The notes beneath the pieces are model-generated. The model worked only from the letters and a program-made list of their open reading frames with translations. It was not told the DNA's origin and did no database searches. A DNA stretch of 64,000 nt. It comes from Candidatus Hecatella orcuttiae. GTDB lineage: Archaea; Thermoproteota; Bathyarchaeia; Hecatellales; Hecatellaceae. Location: assembly GCA_002011035.2 (NCBI GenBank), contig MTLY02000001.1, forward strand, positions 320,001-384,000, read 5' to 3'. The translations under genes were made by a program, and so were the position numbers. Of the stretch, positions 47,048-56,755 are shown piece by piece (positions within the stretch are counted from its first letter, which is position 1; every line of letters begins with the position of its first letter).

Positions 47048-48574
47048 TTGACGGAGCAGCTGTCTGCCGGTTTAATCGTTTCAATGCAGGGAATAACCAA
47101 AGTCTACGAAGGGCAAGTATTAGCCTTAGAAGACGTGGATTTCGACCTTCGAAAAGGAGAGATCCACGTCCTTCTGGGGGAGAATGGAGCCGGTAAAAGT
47201 ACTTTAATGAAAATTCTAGCCGGGGCCTTAAAGCCTACTGAGGGACGGATATTCGTTAAAGGCCGTGAAGTGAGTTTCTCTTCTCCCAGAGATGCGTATA
47301 GAGAAGGCATAGGCATGGTCCACCAGCATTTCACCCTGATCCCTTCACTCAACGTGGCTGAAAACATACTTCTTGGCGATGAAAAAATGGACTTTCTCCT
47401 GCACATGCCTAAGATAGCAGACACCGTGATGAAGTTTGCAGATAGAGTTAATCTAAGCGTGGACGCGAGGACGCCCCTTCACACTCTTTCGGTTGGAGAG
47501 AAACAGAGGGTTGAGATTCTGAAGCTTCTCTATAGGGGGGCGGACATAATGATATTCGACGAGCCTACATCCGTCTTAGGAGGCCTTGAAGTGGAAAGCT
47601 TTTTTGAAACCCTCAGATCCTTGACGGCTCAAGGCTCCTCCGCCATCTTGGTAACTCACAAGATAAGCGAGGCGATGAACATAGCTGACCGCCTAACGGT
47701 GTTGAGAAAAGGAAAGAAAATTGCAACCCTCACCAAAGATGAAGCAGATGAAAGAAAACTTGTAGAGCTCATGATAGGGCCGGGCGAGGTCATACCTCCT
47801 CCTCCCAGCGCAGAGCGTAAGACAGGCTCCGTGGTCCTTAAAATTAGAGGCCTCCAAGTTTTCGACGACCTAGGAAACCTGGCAGTGAGGGGGGTGAACC
47901 TCGACCTCTTTGAAGGGGAAATCCTCGGCCTCGCAGGCGTGGAGGGTAACGGTCAAGAGGAACTCGTCGAGACGCTGGTAGGACTGAGGAAAGCGCATGG
48001 AGGAACCATAGAATATCAAGGTGCGCGGATCAGAAACCTAAAGCCCAGAGACCTCCTCGACCTAGGATGGGCCTACATTCCAGCGGATAGGTTAGGCCGG
48101 GGGGTGGCACCTGAACTCGATGTTATGCTCAACTGTTGTATGAAAAAACTGGACGAAGTGGCGGATAAATTTAAACTGATTAATCAACGCAATCTTTCTG
48201 AGCTGGCTAAAAAAGTCATTTCCATGCTGGGAGTGAAAGCTCCTTCCCAAAAGGCACCCGTCAAGTATCTTTCAGGAGGCAACATCCAGAAGCTTATTGT
48301 AGGGAGGGAGGCGCACCTGAATCCAAAGCTACTGATAGCCGAGCAGCCTACAGCCGGACTGGATGTGAAGACCACAAACCTGACCCATTCTATCCTGCTG
48401 GAGATGAGAAATAGAGGAGCTTCGGTGCTGCTGGTTTCCACCAACCTCGACGAGATACTTAAGTTGAGCGATAGAATAGCCGTAATCTATAAAGGGGAGA
48501 TCGCGGGAATCTTCTCGCCCAAGGACGATGTAGGTCTTATTGGAACATGCATGCTAAGGGGAAAACAAGGCTAA
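47048..48574 (+). CDS. Nucleoside ABC transporter ATPase (two domains)
   Basis: GENGAGKST, MVHQHF, LSGGNIQK. Confidence 0.9.
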   Translation: MTEQLSAGLIVSMQGITKVYEGQVLALEDVDFDLRKGEIHVLLGENGAGKSTLMKILAGALKPTEGRIFVKGREVSFSSPRDAYREGIGMVHQHFTLIPSLNVAENILLGDEKMDFLLHMPKIADTVMKFADRVNLSVDARTPLHTLSVGEKQRVEILKLLYRGADIMIFDEPTSVLGGLEVESFFETLRSLTAQGSSAILVTHKISEAMNIADRLTVLRKGKKIATLTKDEADERKLVELMIGPGEVIPPPPSAERKTGSVVLKIRGLQVFDDLGNLAVRGVNLDLFEGEILGLAGVEGNGQEELVETLVGLRKAHGGTIEYQGARIRNLKPRDLLDLGWAYIPADRLGRGVAPELDVMLNCCMKKLDEVADKFKLINQRNLSELAKKVISMLGVKAPSQKAPVKYLSGGNIQKLIVGREAHLNPKLLIAEQPTAGLDVKTTNLTHSILLEMRNRGASVLLVSTNLDEILKLSDRIAVIYKGEIAGIFSPKDDVGLIGTCMLRGKQG

Positions 48575-49626
48575 GTCTAAGGCAGAAACTCCTTCTGCTT
48601 AGACTGGGAACCGCCTTCATAGCAATAGTCGCAGCCCTTCTCATAGCCTCCATCCTAATAGTTTCCGCGGGAGCTAACCCCCTCAGCGCCTTCTACCACA
48701 TGTACGTCGGATCCATAGGCAGCTTTCCAGCTCTCGTTGAAACTCTTGTTCGCGCCACCCCAATAATGTTGGTAAGTCAAGGTTTGGCGGTGGCATTCAG
48801 GGCGAGGCTCTGGAACATCGGCGCCGAAGGTCAGCTTCTCATCGGCGGCACAGTGGCCGGCGCCTTGGGTCTTTACCTCCACGCTCTACCTCAACCTTTG
48901 GCGGTTCCCCTCATTCTTTTGGCTTCCGGGCTGGGGGGCGCTGTTTGGATAGTTATCCCCGCCCTCTTGAGGGCGTATTATGAGGTTAACGAAATATTCA
49001 CAACTCTCATGAGCTACTACATTGCCCTTTACTTCGTCAGTTTTCTGCTCTCAGGACCCCTGCGGGACCCTGTTGGTCTTTTTCCGGAAACGACAACCCT
49101 CCCCAAGGAGATGATGCTTCCCATCATCATCAAAGAAACTAGGTTTCACGCGGGAATACTTATTCCACTGATGATCTTCGGCCCTCTTCTCTACATGGTC
49201 ATCGGAAGGTCCACTGTAGGCGTGAAGCTTTCGATGGTAGGATGCAACCCCACCGCGGCGCAATATGCAGGAGTGGATTTAAAGAGGGTGACCGTTTTCA
49301 GCTTGCTCTTCAGCGGTTTTCTGGCAGGACTTGCCGGCGGCGTCGAAGTCCTCGGCATCCAGTCGAAGATGAGGCTTGACATTTCACCAGGCTATGGGTT
49401 TACAGGCATAGTGGTGGCTTTGCTGGGATACATGGACCCCATCGGAGTTATGGTTGCTTCGATGATCATGGGAGGCTTGATCAACGGAAGCACCACCATG
49501 CATCGGCTTGACAGGGTTCCTGTGGGAATGGCGTTCATGATCCAAGCCATGGTCGTCATCTTCGTCATGGTAGGCTATCTTCTCTACGATAGATTTTCAA
49601 GGAAGGTTGTGGGCAGAGTTGAGTGA
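48547..49626 (+). CDS. Nucleoside ABC permease 1
   Basis: WNIGAEGQ, GYGFTGIVVALLG. Confidence 0.88.
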   Translation: MHAKGKTRLSLRQKLLLLRLGTAFIAIVAALLIASILIVSAGANPLSAFYHMYVGSIGSFPALVETLVRATPIMLVSQGLAVAFRARLWNIGAEGQLLIGGTVAGALGLYLHALPQPLAVPLILLASGLGGAVWIVIPALLRAYYEVNEIFTTLMSYYIALYFVSFLLSGPLRDPVGLFPETTTLPKEMMLPIIIKETRFHAGILIPLMIFGPLLYMVIGRSTVGVKLSMVGCNPTAAQYAGVDLKRVTVFSLLFSGFLAGLAGGVEVLGIQSKMRLDISPGYGFTGIVVALLGYMDPIGVMVASMIMGGLINGSTTMHRLDRVPVGMAFMIQAMVVIFVMVGYLLYDRFSRKVVGRVE

Positions 49627-50566
49627 GTTCATAGACTTGCTGATTTCCGTCGGCATAGCATCCGCCATGATCAGGTTAATGACGCCTCTTTTGCTCGCAG
49701 GGGTCGGAGAACTCTTCGTTCAGAAGAGCGGTGTTTTGAATTTAGGTGTTGAAGGCATAATGCTCTTCGGAGCTTTCTTCGCTTTCATAGGCACGTTTTT
49801 CACAGGCAATGTAGGCTACGGGCTTGCGTTAGCCATAGTTGTGGGGGTGGCCATCAACCTTCTTTTCGCCTTCCTCACGGTCTCCATGGCAGTGGACCAG
49901 GTGGTGACAGGGCTTGCCATAAACATCGCTGCGATAGGGACCACCTCCTACCTTTACAGGGCTACCTTCCCTTATGCTACAGCCATCCCTGCAAAGACCG
50001 AAACCATCATAGAGGTGGAACCTATTCCGTTTCTGTCTTCCATTCCCTACATCGGCCCTGCCTTGTTCTCGCATACCGTGTTCACCTACGCTGCGCTGCT
50101 TCTTGTCCCTGTAGCTGCATTTATGATATCTCGCACCAGCTGGGGGCTGAGGGTCAAGGCGATAGGGGAAGACCCCCACGTAGCCGATCTTCTGGGCTTG
50201 AATGTGGTGAGAACCAGGTATTTTATTCTCATCATGGAAGGGGTGCTAGCCGCCCTAGCAGGCTCCATGCTTTCCATTTCACAGTATAACATGTTTCTGG
50301 ACAATATGACGCAGGGGCGGGGATACATAGTCGTAGCCCTCATAATCTTGGGAAGATGGTCCCCCATCAACTTCTTAGCTGGCTCACTTTTCTTCGCTTA
50401 CATCGACGCGCTTCAGCTGAGAATCCAAGCCGCCGGCATCACCATCATACCCTACCAGTTTGCACTCATGCTCCCCTATCTCGCATCCTTCGCCGCTTTG
50501 GCGTTGGTGGGCAGAAGGGTAAAGGGCCCAGCAAGTCTGGCAAAACCGTATAAAAAGGTTAAATGA
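49607..50566 (+). CDS. Nucleoside ABC permease 2
   Basis: SGVLNLGVEG, GRGYI..LGRWSP, MLPY. Confidence 0.88.
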   Translation: MWAELSEFIDLLISVGIASAMIRLMTPLLLAGVGELFVQKSGVLNLGVEGIMLFGAFFAFIGTFFTGNVGYGLALAIVVGVAINLLFAFLTVSMAVDQVVTGLAINIAAIGTTSYLYRATFPYATAIPAKTETIIEVEPIPFLSSIPYIGPALFSHTVFTYAALLLVPVAAFMISRTSWGLRVKAIGEDPHVADLLGLNVVRTRYFILIMEGVLAALAGSMLSISQYNMFLDNMTQGRGYIVVALIILGRWSPINFLAGSLFFAYIDALQLRIQAAGITIIPYQFALMLPYLASFAALALVGRRVKGPASLAKPYKKVK

Positions 50567-50661
50567 ACACCCGTAATCCGGGTTGAAGCTTCAGCCTGAA
50601 GAATTGCAGAAACCCTGCGCGGCATTCAGGCTTTGAATTAAAATTAAATTTGAACGGAGTT

Positions 50662-51303
50662 TCACGCCGTCTGGCTCTCCGCCTTCTCCAAGTCTCTCAG
50701 GGGGATTGTCGGCAGCTTCTTTTTAAGCAACACAGCTACCAGCTGGATGGCAGCGGCCTCCTCCAGAATTTCCACCCTCATCCTCGCCTCCGAGAGGCTT
50801 CGACCCACACCCACCACCCCGTGGTTTTGAAGGATCACAGCCTCCGCTTTTTCCAGTCTTTCAGCCGCCAGCTCCGCCAACCTCCGGGTTCCCGGGAAAA
50901 CGTAGGGTATCATCCGGGTCTTCCGTAGGTGGAGTCCTGTTTCCACCGTGAGAGGTTTAAGCTCCCCACCGGTTAAGGTAAGTCCCACGGTCAGGGGGTT
51001 GTGGGCGTGGACAACAGCGTTTACATCAGCCCTCCTTCGATAGATGGCCGCGTGCAAGAGAGTTTCATGGGACGGCTGGCCTGCGCCTTTCACAGTCCTT
51101 CCCTGCAAGTTCACCTTGATCAAGTCTTTTGGCTTCAGCTCAGTTTTGAAGAGGCCGCGGGGCGTAATCCAAAACTCTTCCGCCCCGGGAAGTCTGGCGC
51201 TGGCGTTCCCTCCCACCGAGGAGATCAGCCTCCTTTCAAAAAGGACTCTCATGACATTGCAGATCTCTCTCTTCAAAGTTTTCTCCGAAATTTTTTTCTT
51301 CAA
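50662..51303 (-). CDS. Class II aldolase/adducin family protein
   Basis: GGNASAR, PSHE..LH, HAH, LQNHG. Confidence 0.88.
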   Translation of the reverse strand: MKKKISEKTLKREICNVMRVLFERRLISSVGGNASARLPGAEEFWITPRGLFKTELKPKDLIKVNLQGRTVKGAGQPSHETLLHAAIYRRRADVNAVVHAHNPLTVGLTLTGGELKPLTVETGLHLRKTRMIPYVFPGTRRLAELAAERLEKAEAVILQNHGVVGVGRSLSEARMRVEILEEAAAIQLVAVLLKKKLPTIPLRDLEKAESQTA

Positions 51304-51478
51304 TTCAGCCGCCTCTTTCCGGGAGCTACACGTCTTGTTTTCACTCTGATTCTTAAGTCTTGGTGTCTAGGAAAACTTCCGACGTCCTCTGTTGGCTGTG
51401 GCGTGCGGTGGGCGAGGTTCCGATGTCCGACAAGTATAAAAGCTTGGCTTTTTCCACCTCCTTTGAAGGCGGAATTAA

Positions 51479-52765
51479 ATGACGGTTATGGATGAGGCTA
51501 GACGGGGTAGGATCACGGAGGAAGTCAAAGCCGCTGCGAAGGAGGAAGGCCTTGAGCCTGAGAAGCTGAGGAGAGGCATAGCTTCAGGGAAAATAATTCT
51601 AACAGGATATGCCCGCGGGGAACGCTGCAAAATCGTAGCGGTTGGGGAGGGGCTGAGGACCAAGGTAAACGCCAACGTGGGCGCTTCCTCAGAATTCAGC
51701 AACATCAAAATCGAGCTGGAAAAAGCCTTGACCGCCGTCAGATACGGCGCGGACACCCTCATGGACCTCAGCACCTCTGAAGACCTGAACGAGATCAGGC
51801 GCCTGATCCTCAAGGAGACCCCTCTGCCCGTTGGCACCGTTCCCATCTACCAAGCAGGTGTGGAGGCCATTCGGAAACACGGCGCCATCGTCGACATGGG
51901 TGAAGACGAAGTCCTCCGGGTGGTTGAAAACCACGCGAAGGAAGGTGTAGACTTCATGACAATTCACGCCGGCATCACGCAAGGGATAACCGCCCAGCTC
52001 GCTGAGCATCCTCGGGTTGCAGGCGTGGTGAGCCGGGGAGGCGTCTTCCTGGCTAGCTGGATACTTCACCATAAGGCTGAGAATCCCTTTTACAAGAACT
52101 TCGACTACCTTCTCGAGATAGCTAGGTCCTATGATTTTTGCATAAGTCTAGGCGACTCTCTGCGGCCCGGAAGCCTAGCTGACGCCTCAGATTGGTTTCA
52201 GATCCAGGAGTTGCTCACCGTTCAAAAACTGGTGGAGAGATGCTGGAGAGCGGGAGTTCAGGTGATGGTGGAAGGCCCGGGGCATCTTCCCCTAAACCAA
52301 GTGGAGGCCAACGTCGTCCTTCATAAATCCCTCTGCAAAGGGGCGCCTCTCTACCTTCTCGGTCCCATAGTTACAGATATCGGAGCAGGCTACGACCACA
52401 TCGTAGGAGCTGTGGGGGGAGCCGTCGCAGCCATGGCGGGAGCGGACTTCCTATGCTACGTCACCCCTTCGGAGCATCTAGCCCTACCGACGGTGGAAGA
52501 TGTCCGCGAGGGGGTTATCGCAGCCCGGCTGGCTGCTCACTGCGCGGACGTGGTCAAATTGGGGGAGAGAGCAAGCCGCCATGACTTGGAGATGGCGCAG
52601 GCCAGAGCCAAGCTGGACTGGGAGACCATGTACAAACTGTCCTTGGACCCTGTGCGGGCTAGGGAGGTCAGGGAGAAGGGTAAGACCAAAACCGACGCCT
52701 GTACCATGTGCGGGCAATACTGCGTCTATAGGATTCTGCCCGCCAAGCAGACTGGGTGCATTTAG
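51479..52765 (+). CDS. thiC: Phosphomethylpyrimidine synthase ThiC (ThiC/Bza family)
   Basis: KVNANVG, MDLS, GTVPIYQ, VSRGG, SLGDSLRPG, EGPGH, CTMCGQYC. Confidence 0.85.
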   Translation: MTVMDEARRGRITEEVKAAAKEEGLEPEKLRRGIASGKIILTGYARGERCKIVAVGEGLRTKVNANVGASSEFSNIKIELEKALTAVRYGADTLMDLSTSEDLNEIRRLILKETPLPVGTVPIYQAGVEAIRKHGAIVDMGEDEVLRVVENHAKEGVDFMTIHAGITQGITAQLAEHPRVAGVVSRGGVFLASWILHHKAENPFYKNFDYLLEIARSYDFCISLGDSLRPGSLADASDWFQIQELLTVQKLVERCWRAGVQVMVEGPGHLPLNQVEANVVLHKSLCKGAPLYLLGPIVTDIGAGYDHIVGAVGGAVAAMAGADFLCYVTPSEHLALPTVEDVREGVIAARLAAHCADVVKLGERASRHDLEMAQARAKLDWETMYKLSLDPVRAREVREKGKTKTDACTMCGQYCVYRILPAKQTGCI

Positions 52766-54009
52766 CCTTTCAGTTTCCCGTAGCCGATGAGCCGCCATTT
52801 GCCAGCTATTCTTCTGCTTAAGGCTATTCTAGCCCCATGCTTGGCGCAGACAGGTTTCTTGAGGGCTATTTCTACGTGGTTTTTGCGGGCTAGGGTGACC
52901 ACACCCACGCTGACGGCAGTGCCCACGTTTACGACGAGGCTCTCCTTAAGCTTCACCGACTCCACGTTTGTCAGCTCCGGGGTTCCCACCACATGCTGGA
53001 AGAGGGTGGGTTCGAAGCTGAGGGTTTTCTCAGCTTCAGGAAGCTGCCCTGGTCTGCCTACGACGTTGCCTATGAGGCCGTCGGCCTTGGTTAGGGAGGG
53101 GTCGAGTTTTGAGCCTAAGCCGATAAGCCCCCCGCAGCCGGCTTCCTCAACTTTTTTACCCCCCGCATGAAGACTGGTTACCTCAGTGAACAGGGTTCGG
53201 TAGTTCTGGCTTTCAGCCCATTTTATTCCAGGCCTTATCTCGATCTCCTCTCCAACCCTCAGCTTACCCTCCACCATGGTTCCTCCGAGGACACCGCCTT
53301 GAAGGTCCTCTATCTTCGTCCCCGGCTTGTTGATGTCGAAGGACCTTACTACATGCATGAAGAGAGAGCTTTTGGGATCCCGCTTCGGGGTTGGAATGCA
53401 TCTCTCCAGCGCCTCGATCAAAAGATCTAAGTTAACCATGTGCTGGGCTGAAACGGGAATGATGGGCGCCTCTTCGGCCACGGTTCCTTCAAGAAACGCC
53501 CGAATAGCCTTGTAGTTTTCCAGAGCCTTTTCTTTAGAAACTAGGTCAACCTTGTTCTGAACCACCACTATCTTGTTGGCTCCGACGATTTCCAAGGCGG
53601 CCATGTGCTCGCGGGTTTGAGGCTGAGGAACAGGCTCGTCGGCCGCTATGACCAAGATTGCCCCGTCCATCACCGCTGCCCCCGAGAGCATGGTTGTCAT
53701 CAGGACCTCGTGGCCGGGGCAGTCAACAAAGCTCACAGCCCTCAAAAAATCTGTTTTACCTCCGCAGTTGGGGCATGTTGGCTGGGTAGTATAACAGGTG
53801 GGCGGAGGGCAGCTGGGGCATTTGTAGAAGGCGCAGTCAGCGTAGCCAAGCCGGATGGTGATGCCGCGGCGGAGCTCCTCCGAGTGTTTACTAGCCCAGA
53901 CTCCGGTTAGGCCTTTTATCAGAGTGGTCTTCCCATGGTCCACATGGCCGGCTGTTCCGATGTTAACCTCAGGCTGGGCTGGAAGAGGAGAAGTCAACTG
54001 CCATTTCAC
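52762..54009 (-). CDS. eif2g: Translation initiation factor aIF2 gamma
   Basis: QPEVNIGTAGHVDHGKT, GITIRLGY, DCPGH, NKVD, WRLIGYG. Confidence 0.95.
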   Translation of the reverse strand: MKWQLTSPLPAQPEVNIGTAGHVDHGKTTLIKGLTGVWASKHSEELRRGITIRLGYADCAFYKCPSCPPPTCYTTQPTCPNCGGKTDFLRAVSFVDCPGHEVLMTTMLSGAAVMDGAILVIAADEPVPQPQTREHMAALEIVGANKIVVVQNKVDLVSKEKALENYKAIRAFLEGTVAEEAPIIPVSAQHMVNLDLLIEALERCIPTPKRDPKSSLFMHVVRSFDINKPGTKIEDLQGGVLGGTMVEGKLRVGEEIEIRPGIKWAESQNYRTLFTEVTSLHAGGKKVEEAGCGGLIGLGSKLDPSLTKADGLIGNVVGRPGQLPEAEKTLSFEPTLFQHVVGTPELTNVESVKLKESLVVNVGTAVSVGVVTLARKNHVEIALKKPVCAKHGARIALSRRIAGKWRLIGYGKLKG

Positions 54010-54094
54010 CTAAGTTTCGTCTCATGAGCATAGGATGCATGTCGATTAAAAACATTACTAACCGGGTAAGGGTAAGTCTTAAGACGTCCTTGCA

Positions 54095-55105
54095 TTAACG
54101 TCTCCAAGGGATGGGCACAGAATCCAGCCGCCAACGAGGTTTAACGAGACTCCGCTCTATGCTTACCTTCACTCCTTGAAGGTGGGCGAGGAGGCCGGTC
54201 CAAGCTATCTGGGCTCCGCAGTCTCCGCTGTACTCGCGGGGGACAACGTAAAACTTGGCTTTATGCTCCTCAGCCACCTGTTTCAGCATGGTTTGAAGAC
54301 GCTTGTTCGCTGCAACGCCTCCCGTCAGCAGCAGTTCCTTTTTCTCAAGAAACGCCAGAGCCCTCTCGGCAGCCTCAGCCAAAGCGGTGAAGGCAGTTTC
54401 CTGGAGGGAGTAGCAGAGGTCTTCCAGTTTATCTCCCCCCTTCTTCAGCCTCCTAACCGCCGCTGTGAGCAGGCCTGAATAGGAGACATTGTTGCCTTTG
54501 ACAACCAAGGGTAGGTCGACGAGTTTTTTCCCTTCCGAAGCTTTAGCTTCAACCGCGGGGCCGCTGGGAGAAGGCAGGCGAGCCTCCCTTCCAAAGACGT
54601 CTAAGAGGTTCCCTAGGGTGATGTCTTCCGTCTCCCCGAAAACCCTCCACCGCCCCCCGGCAAAGGAAGTCACCGTGGTATGTCCTCCAGAAACCAGAAC
54701 CGTCAAAGGGTCTGAAGCTCCCGTCTTTAAGGCAGCTAACTCGATGTGGCCTACTGCGTGGTGAACCGGCACCAAGGGAACATCCAAGTAGGCGGCCAGC
54801 GCCCTTGCCACCGTGGCTCCTGTTCTCAGACAGGGTCCGAGGCCGGGTCCTTGAGAGAAGGCCACAGCGCTCAATTCCTCCGGGGTCTTTCCAGCTTTCC
54901 TCAGCGCCTCCCTAACGACCAGGGGGGACGCTTGGGAGTGATGTTGAGCGCTTTCTCGGGGGTGAATTCCCTTCCCAACGGGAGGGGCGTAAACTTTTTT
55001 TTCATCGGAAAGGATTCTTCCCCGGCTGTCCACTAGGCTGACGCCGAAAGTGTGAGCCGTGCTCTCGATGCCTAAGCAGATTATCTCGCCTCTGTTCAGC
55101 TTCAC
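54095..55105 (-). CDS. kae1: KEOPS t6A carbamoyltransferase Kae1
   Basis: GIESTAHT, GPGLGPCL, HHAVGHIE, VSGGHT, GGVAAN. Confidence 0.93.
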   Translation of the reverse strand: MKLNRGEIICLGIESTAHTFGVSLVDSRGRILSDEKKVYAPPVGKGIHPRESAQHHSQASPLVVREALRKAGKTPEELSAVAFSQGPGLGPCLRTGATVARALAAYLDVPLVPVHHAVGHIELAALKTGASDPLTVLVSGGHTTVTSFAGGRWRVFGETEDITLGNLLDVFGREARLPSPSGPAVEAKASEGKKLVDLPLVVKGNNVSYSGLLTAAVRRLKKGGDKLEDLCYSLQETAFTALAEAAERALAFLEKKELLLTGGVAANKRLQTMLKQVAEEHKAKFYVVPREYSGDCGAQIAWTGLLAHLQGVKVSIERSLVKPRWRLDSVPIPWRR

Positions 55106-55268
55106 CGGCCATCAACCAACAATAGAACTTAGAATCGGTAAAAGCTTTAATGTGCCGGTAGGCTGATTTTCATGTTTACAATTTTCCTTTTACTTTACAT
55201 TACGAAAAACCTTAAATCTTTAATAGAGGTAAACTAAAAAGATTAAGTAATTCCAGTTCGGTGTTCGT

Positions 55269-56141
55269 ATGCCTGTTTTCAGACCTTCTGAGTATCTTGT
55301 GCCTGAAACAGTGGATGAGGCAGTAGCCCTTCTACGGGATTACAAGGATAGGGCGAAGATAATAGCCGGGGGAACCCAAGTCTACGAAACCGCCATGAAA
55401 GGCATGATCCCAAAAGTTGAAAAGCTACTGGACATCAGGAAGCTCGGGCTCAATTACATCAAAGAAGAAGGGGGCCATGTGAAGATAGGCGCCATGACCA
55501 CCTTCACAGATATGCTGGAGTCAGAACTGCTGAAGAAGGCGCTTCCCATCATAGTCGAGGCGGTTTCCCTCATTCGCCCCGTGCAAATAAGAAACGTAGC
55601 CACCATGGGAGGAAGTATTTGCAGCGGGCTTCCCTTCTTCGACATACCCTCAGCGCTGCTTACCTTAGACGCGACGGTGAAAGCCGTCAGTTCCAGCGGG
55701 GAAAGGGTTTTGAATGTAGACGGGTTTTTCATAGACTATTTTCTGACAGCATTGAAGCCGAATGAGCTGATTACAGAGATAGCGATACCGAAACCGCCAG
55801 CCAATACGGGGTCGGCGTTTCTGAAGATGGAAAGGACCCTTGTCGACCTCCCCACAGTAAACACAGCAGTAAGGCTGACTATGGATAATGGGCGATGTAA
55901 AGTTGCGAGAATAGCCGTGGGGGCGGTAGCTCAGGTTCCCCTAAGGCTCAAGAAAGCTGAGAAAAGATTGGAAGGAAAGGAACTAACAGAAGCAGCCATC
56001 GCTGAAGCCGCTGAGGAAGCATACAGAGAAGTTAAACCGGTCAGAGGTGTTCATGCCTCTGCCGAATACAAAAGACACGTGTGCAGAGTCCTAGTTAAGC
56101 GCGCTCTAACTCAGGTGAAAGAAAAGCTGAAAGGAGGCTGA
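55269..56141 (+). CDS. Xanthine dehydrogenase family FAD subunit (CoxM-like)
   Basis: IAGGT, QIRNVATMGG, ASAEYK. Confidence 0.88.
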   Translation: MPVFRPSEYLVPETVDEAVALLRDYKDRAKIIAGGTQVYETAMKGMIPKVEKLLDIRKLGLNYIKEEGGHVKIGAMTTFTDMLESELLKKALPIIVEAVSLIRPVQIRNVATMGGSICSGLPFFDIPSALLTLDATVKAVSSSGERVLNVDGFFIDYFLTALKPNELITEIAIPKPPANTGSAFLKMERTLVDLPTVNTAVRLTMDNGRCKVARIAVGAVAQVPLRLKKAEKRLEGKELTEAAIAEAAEEAYREVKPVRGVHASAEYKRHVCRVLVKRALTQVKEKLKGG

Positions 56142-56148
56142 GTGAGCG

Positions 56149-56622
56149 TTGAAAAAAACCATAAGATTAACCGTGAACGGGGAAGACTACACCGTATCCA
56201 TTGAGCCTTTTGACACTTTAAACAAAGTTTTGAGAGAATACCTTGGCCTAACAGGAACCAAAAAAGGCTGCGATTACGGAGGCTGCGGGTCGTGCACGGT
56301 GATCGTGGACGGGAGAGCCGTTTACTCCTGCATGTTTTGGGCAGGTCAAGCCGATGGGAGGAAGATAACGACGATAGAAGGGTTGGTGAAAAACGGCGAA
56401 CTGGACCCAATTCAGGAGGCGTTCATTCAGCATGGGGCAGTTCAATGCGGCTACTGCACTCCCGGCATGATCATGAGCACAAAAGCCCTGCTGGATAAAA
56501 AGTCGAACTTCACCGAAATGGAAGCCAGGGAAGCCATCGCCGGCAACCTTTGCAGGTGCACTGGCTACGTGAAGATCGTGTCGGCGATGATGTCCTTGGC
56601 TAAAAAATCTTCGGAGGGATAA
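56149..56622 (+). CDS. Xanthine dehydrogenase family 2Fe-2S subunit (CoxS-like)
   Basis: GCDYGGCGSC, QCGYCTPG, GNLCRCTGY. Confidence 0.92.
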   Translation: MKKTIRLTVNGEDYTVSIEPFDTLNKVLREYLGLTGTKKGCDYGGCGSCTVIVDGRAVYSCMFWAGQADGRKITTIEGLVKNGELDPIQEAFIQHGAVQCGYCTPGMIMSTKALLDKKSNFTEMEAREAIAGNLCRCTGYVKIVSAMMSLAKKSSEG

Positions 56623-56627
56623 GAACC

Positions 56628-56741
56628 GTGTCTGGGCTGGGTTATCAGAAATGCCCCAAGTGCGGCTATGAGTTAAACCCGCCTATGGCTAGGTTTTGTG
56701 TAAAATGTAAGGCAGTTCTGCCTAGAAAGGTTCCAATGTAA
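56628..56741 (+). CDS. 37-aa Zn-ribbon protein, not in ORF track
   Basis: GTG-SGLGYQKCPKCGYELNPPMARFCVKCKAVLPRKVPM-TAA fills the gap between coxS- and coxL-like genes; GGAGG upstream. Confidence 0.65.
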   Translation: MSGLGYQKCPKCGYELNPPMARFCVKCKAVLPRKVPM

Positions 56742-56755
56742 GAAAGGGGATATGT

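Noticed and set aside
51304-51478. TPP riboswitch upstream of thiC
   Set aside because: No GCUGAGA / CCUGAU core visible
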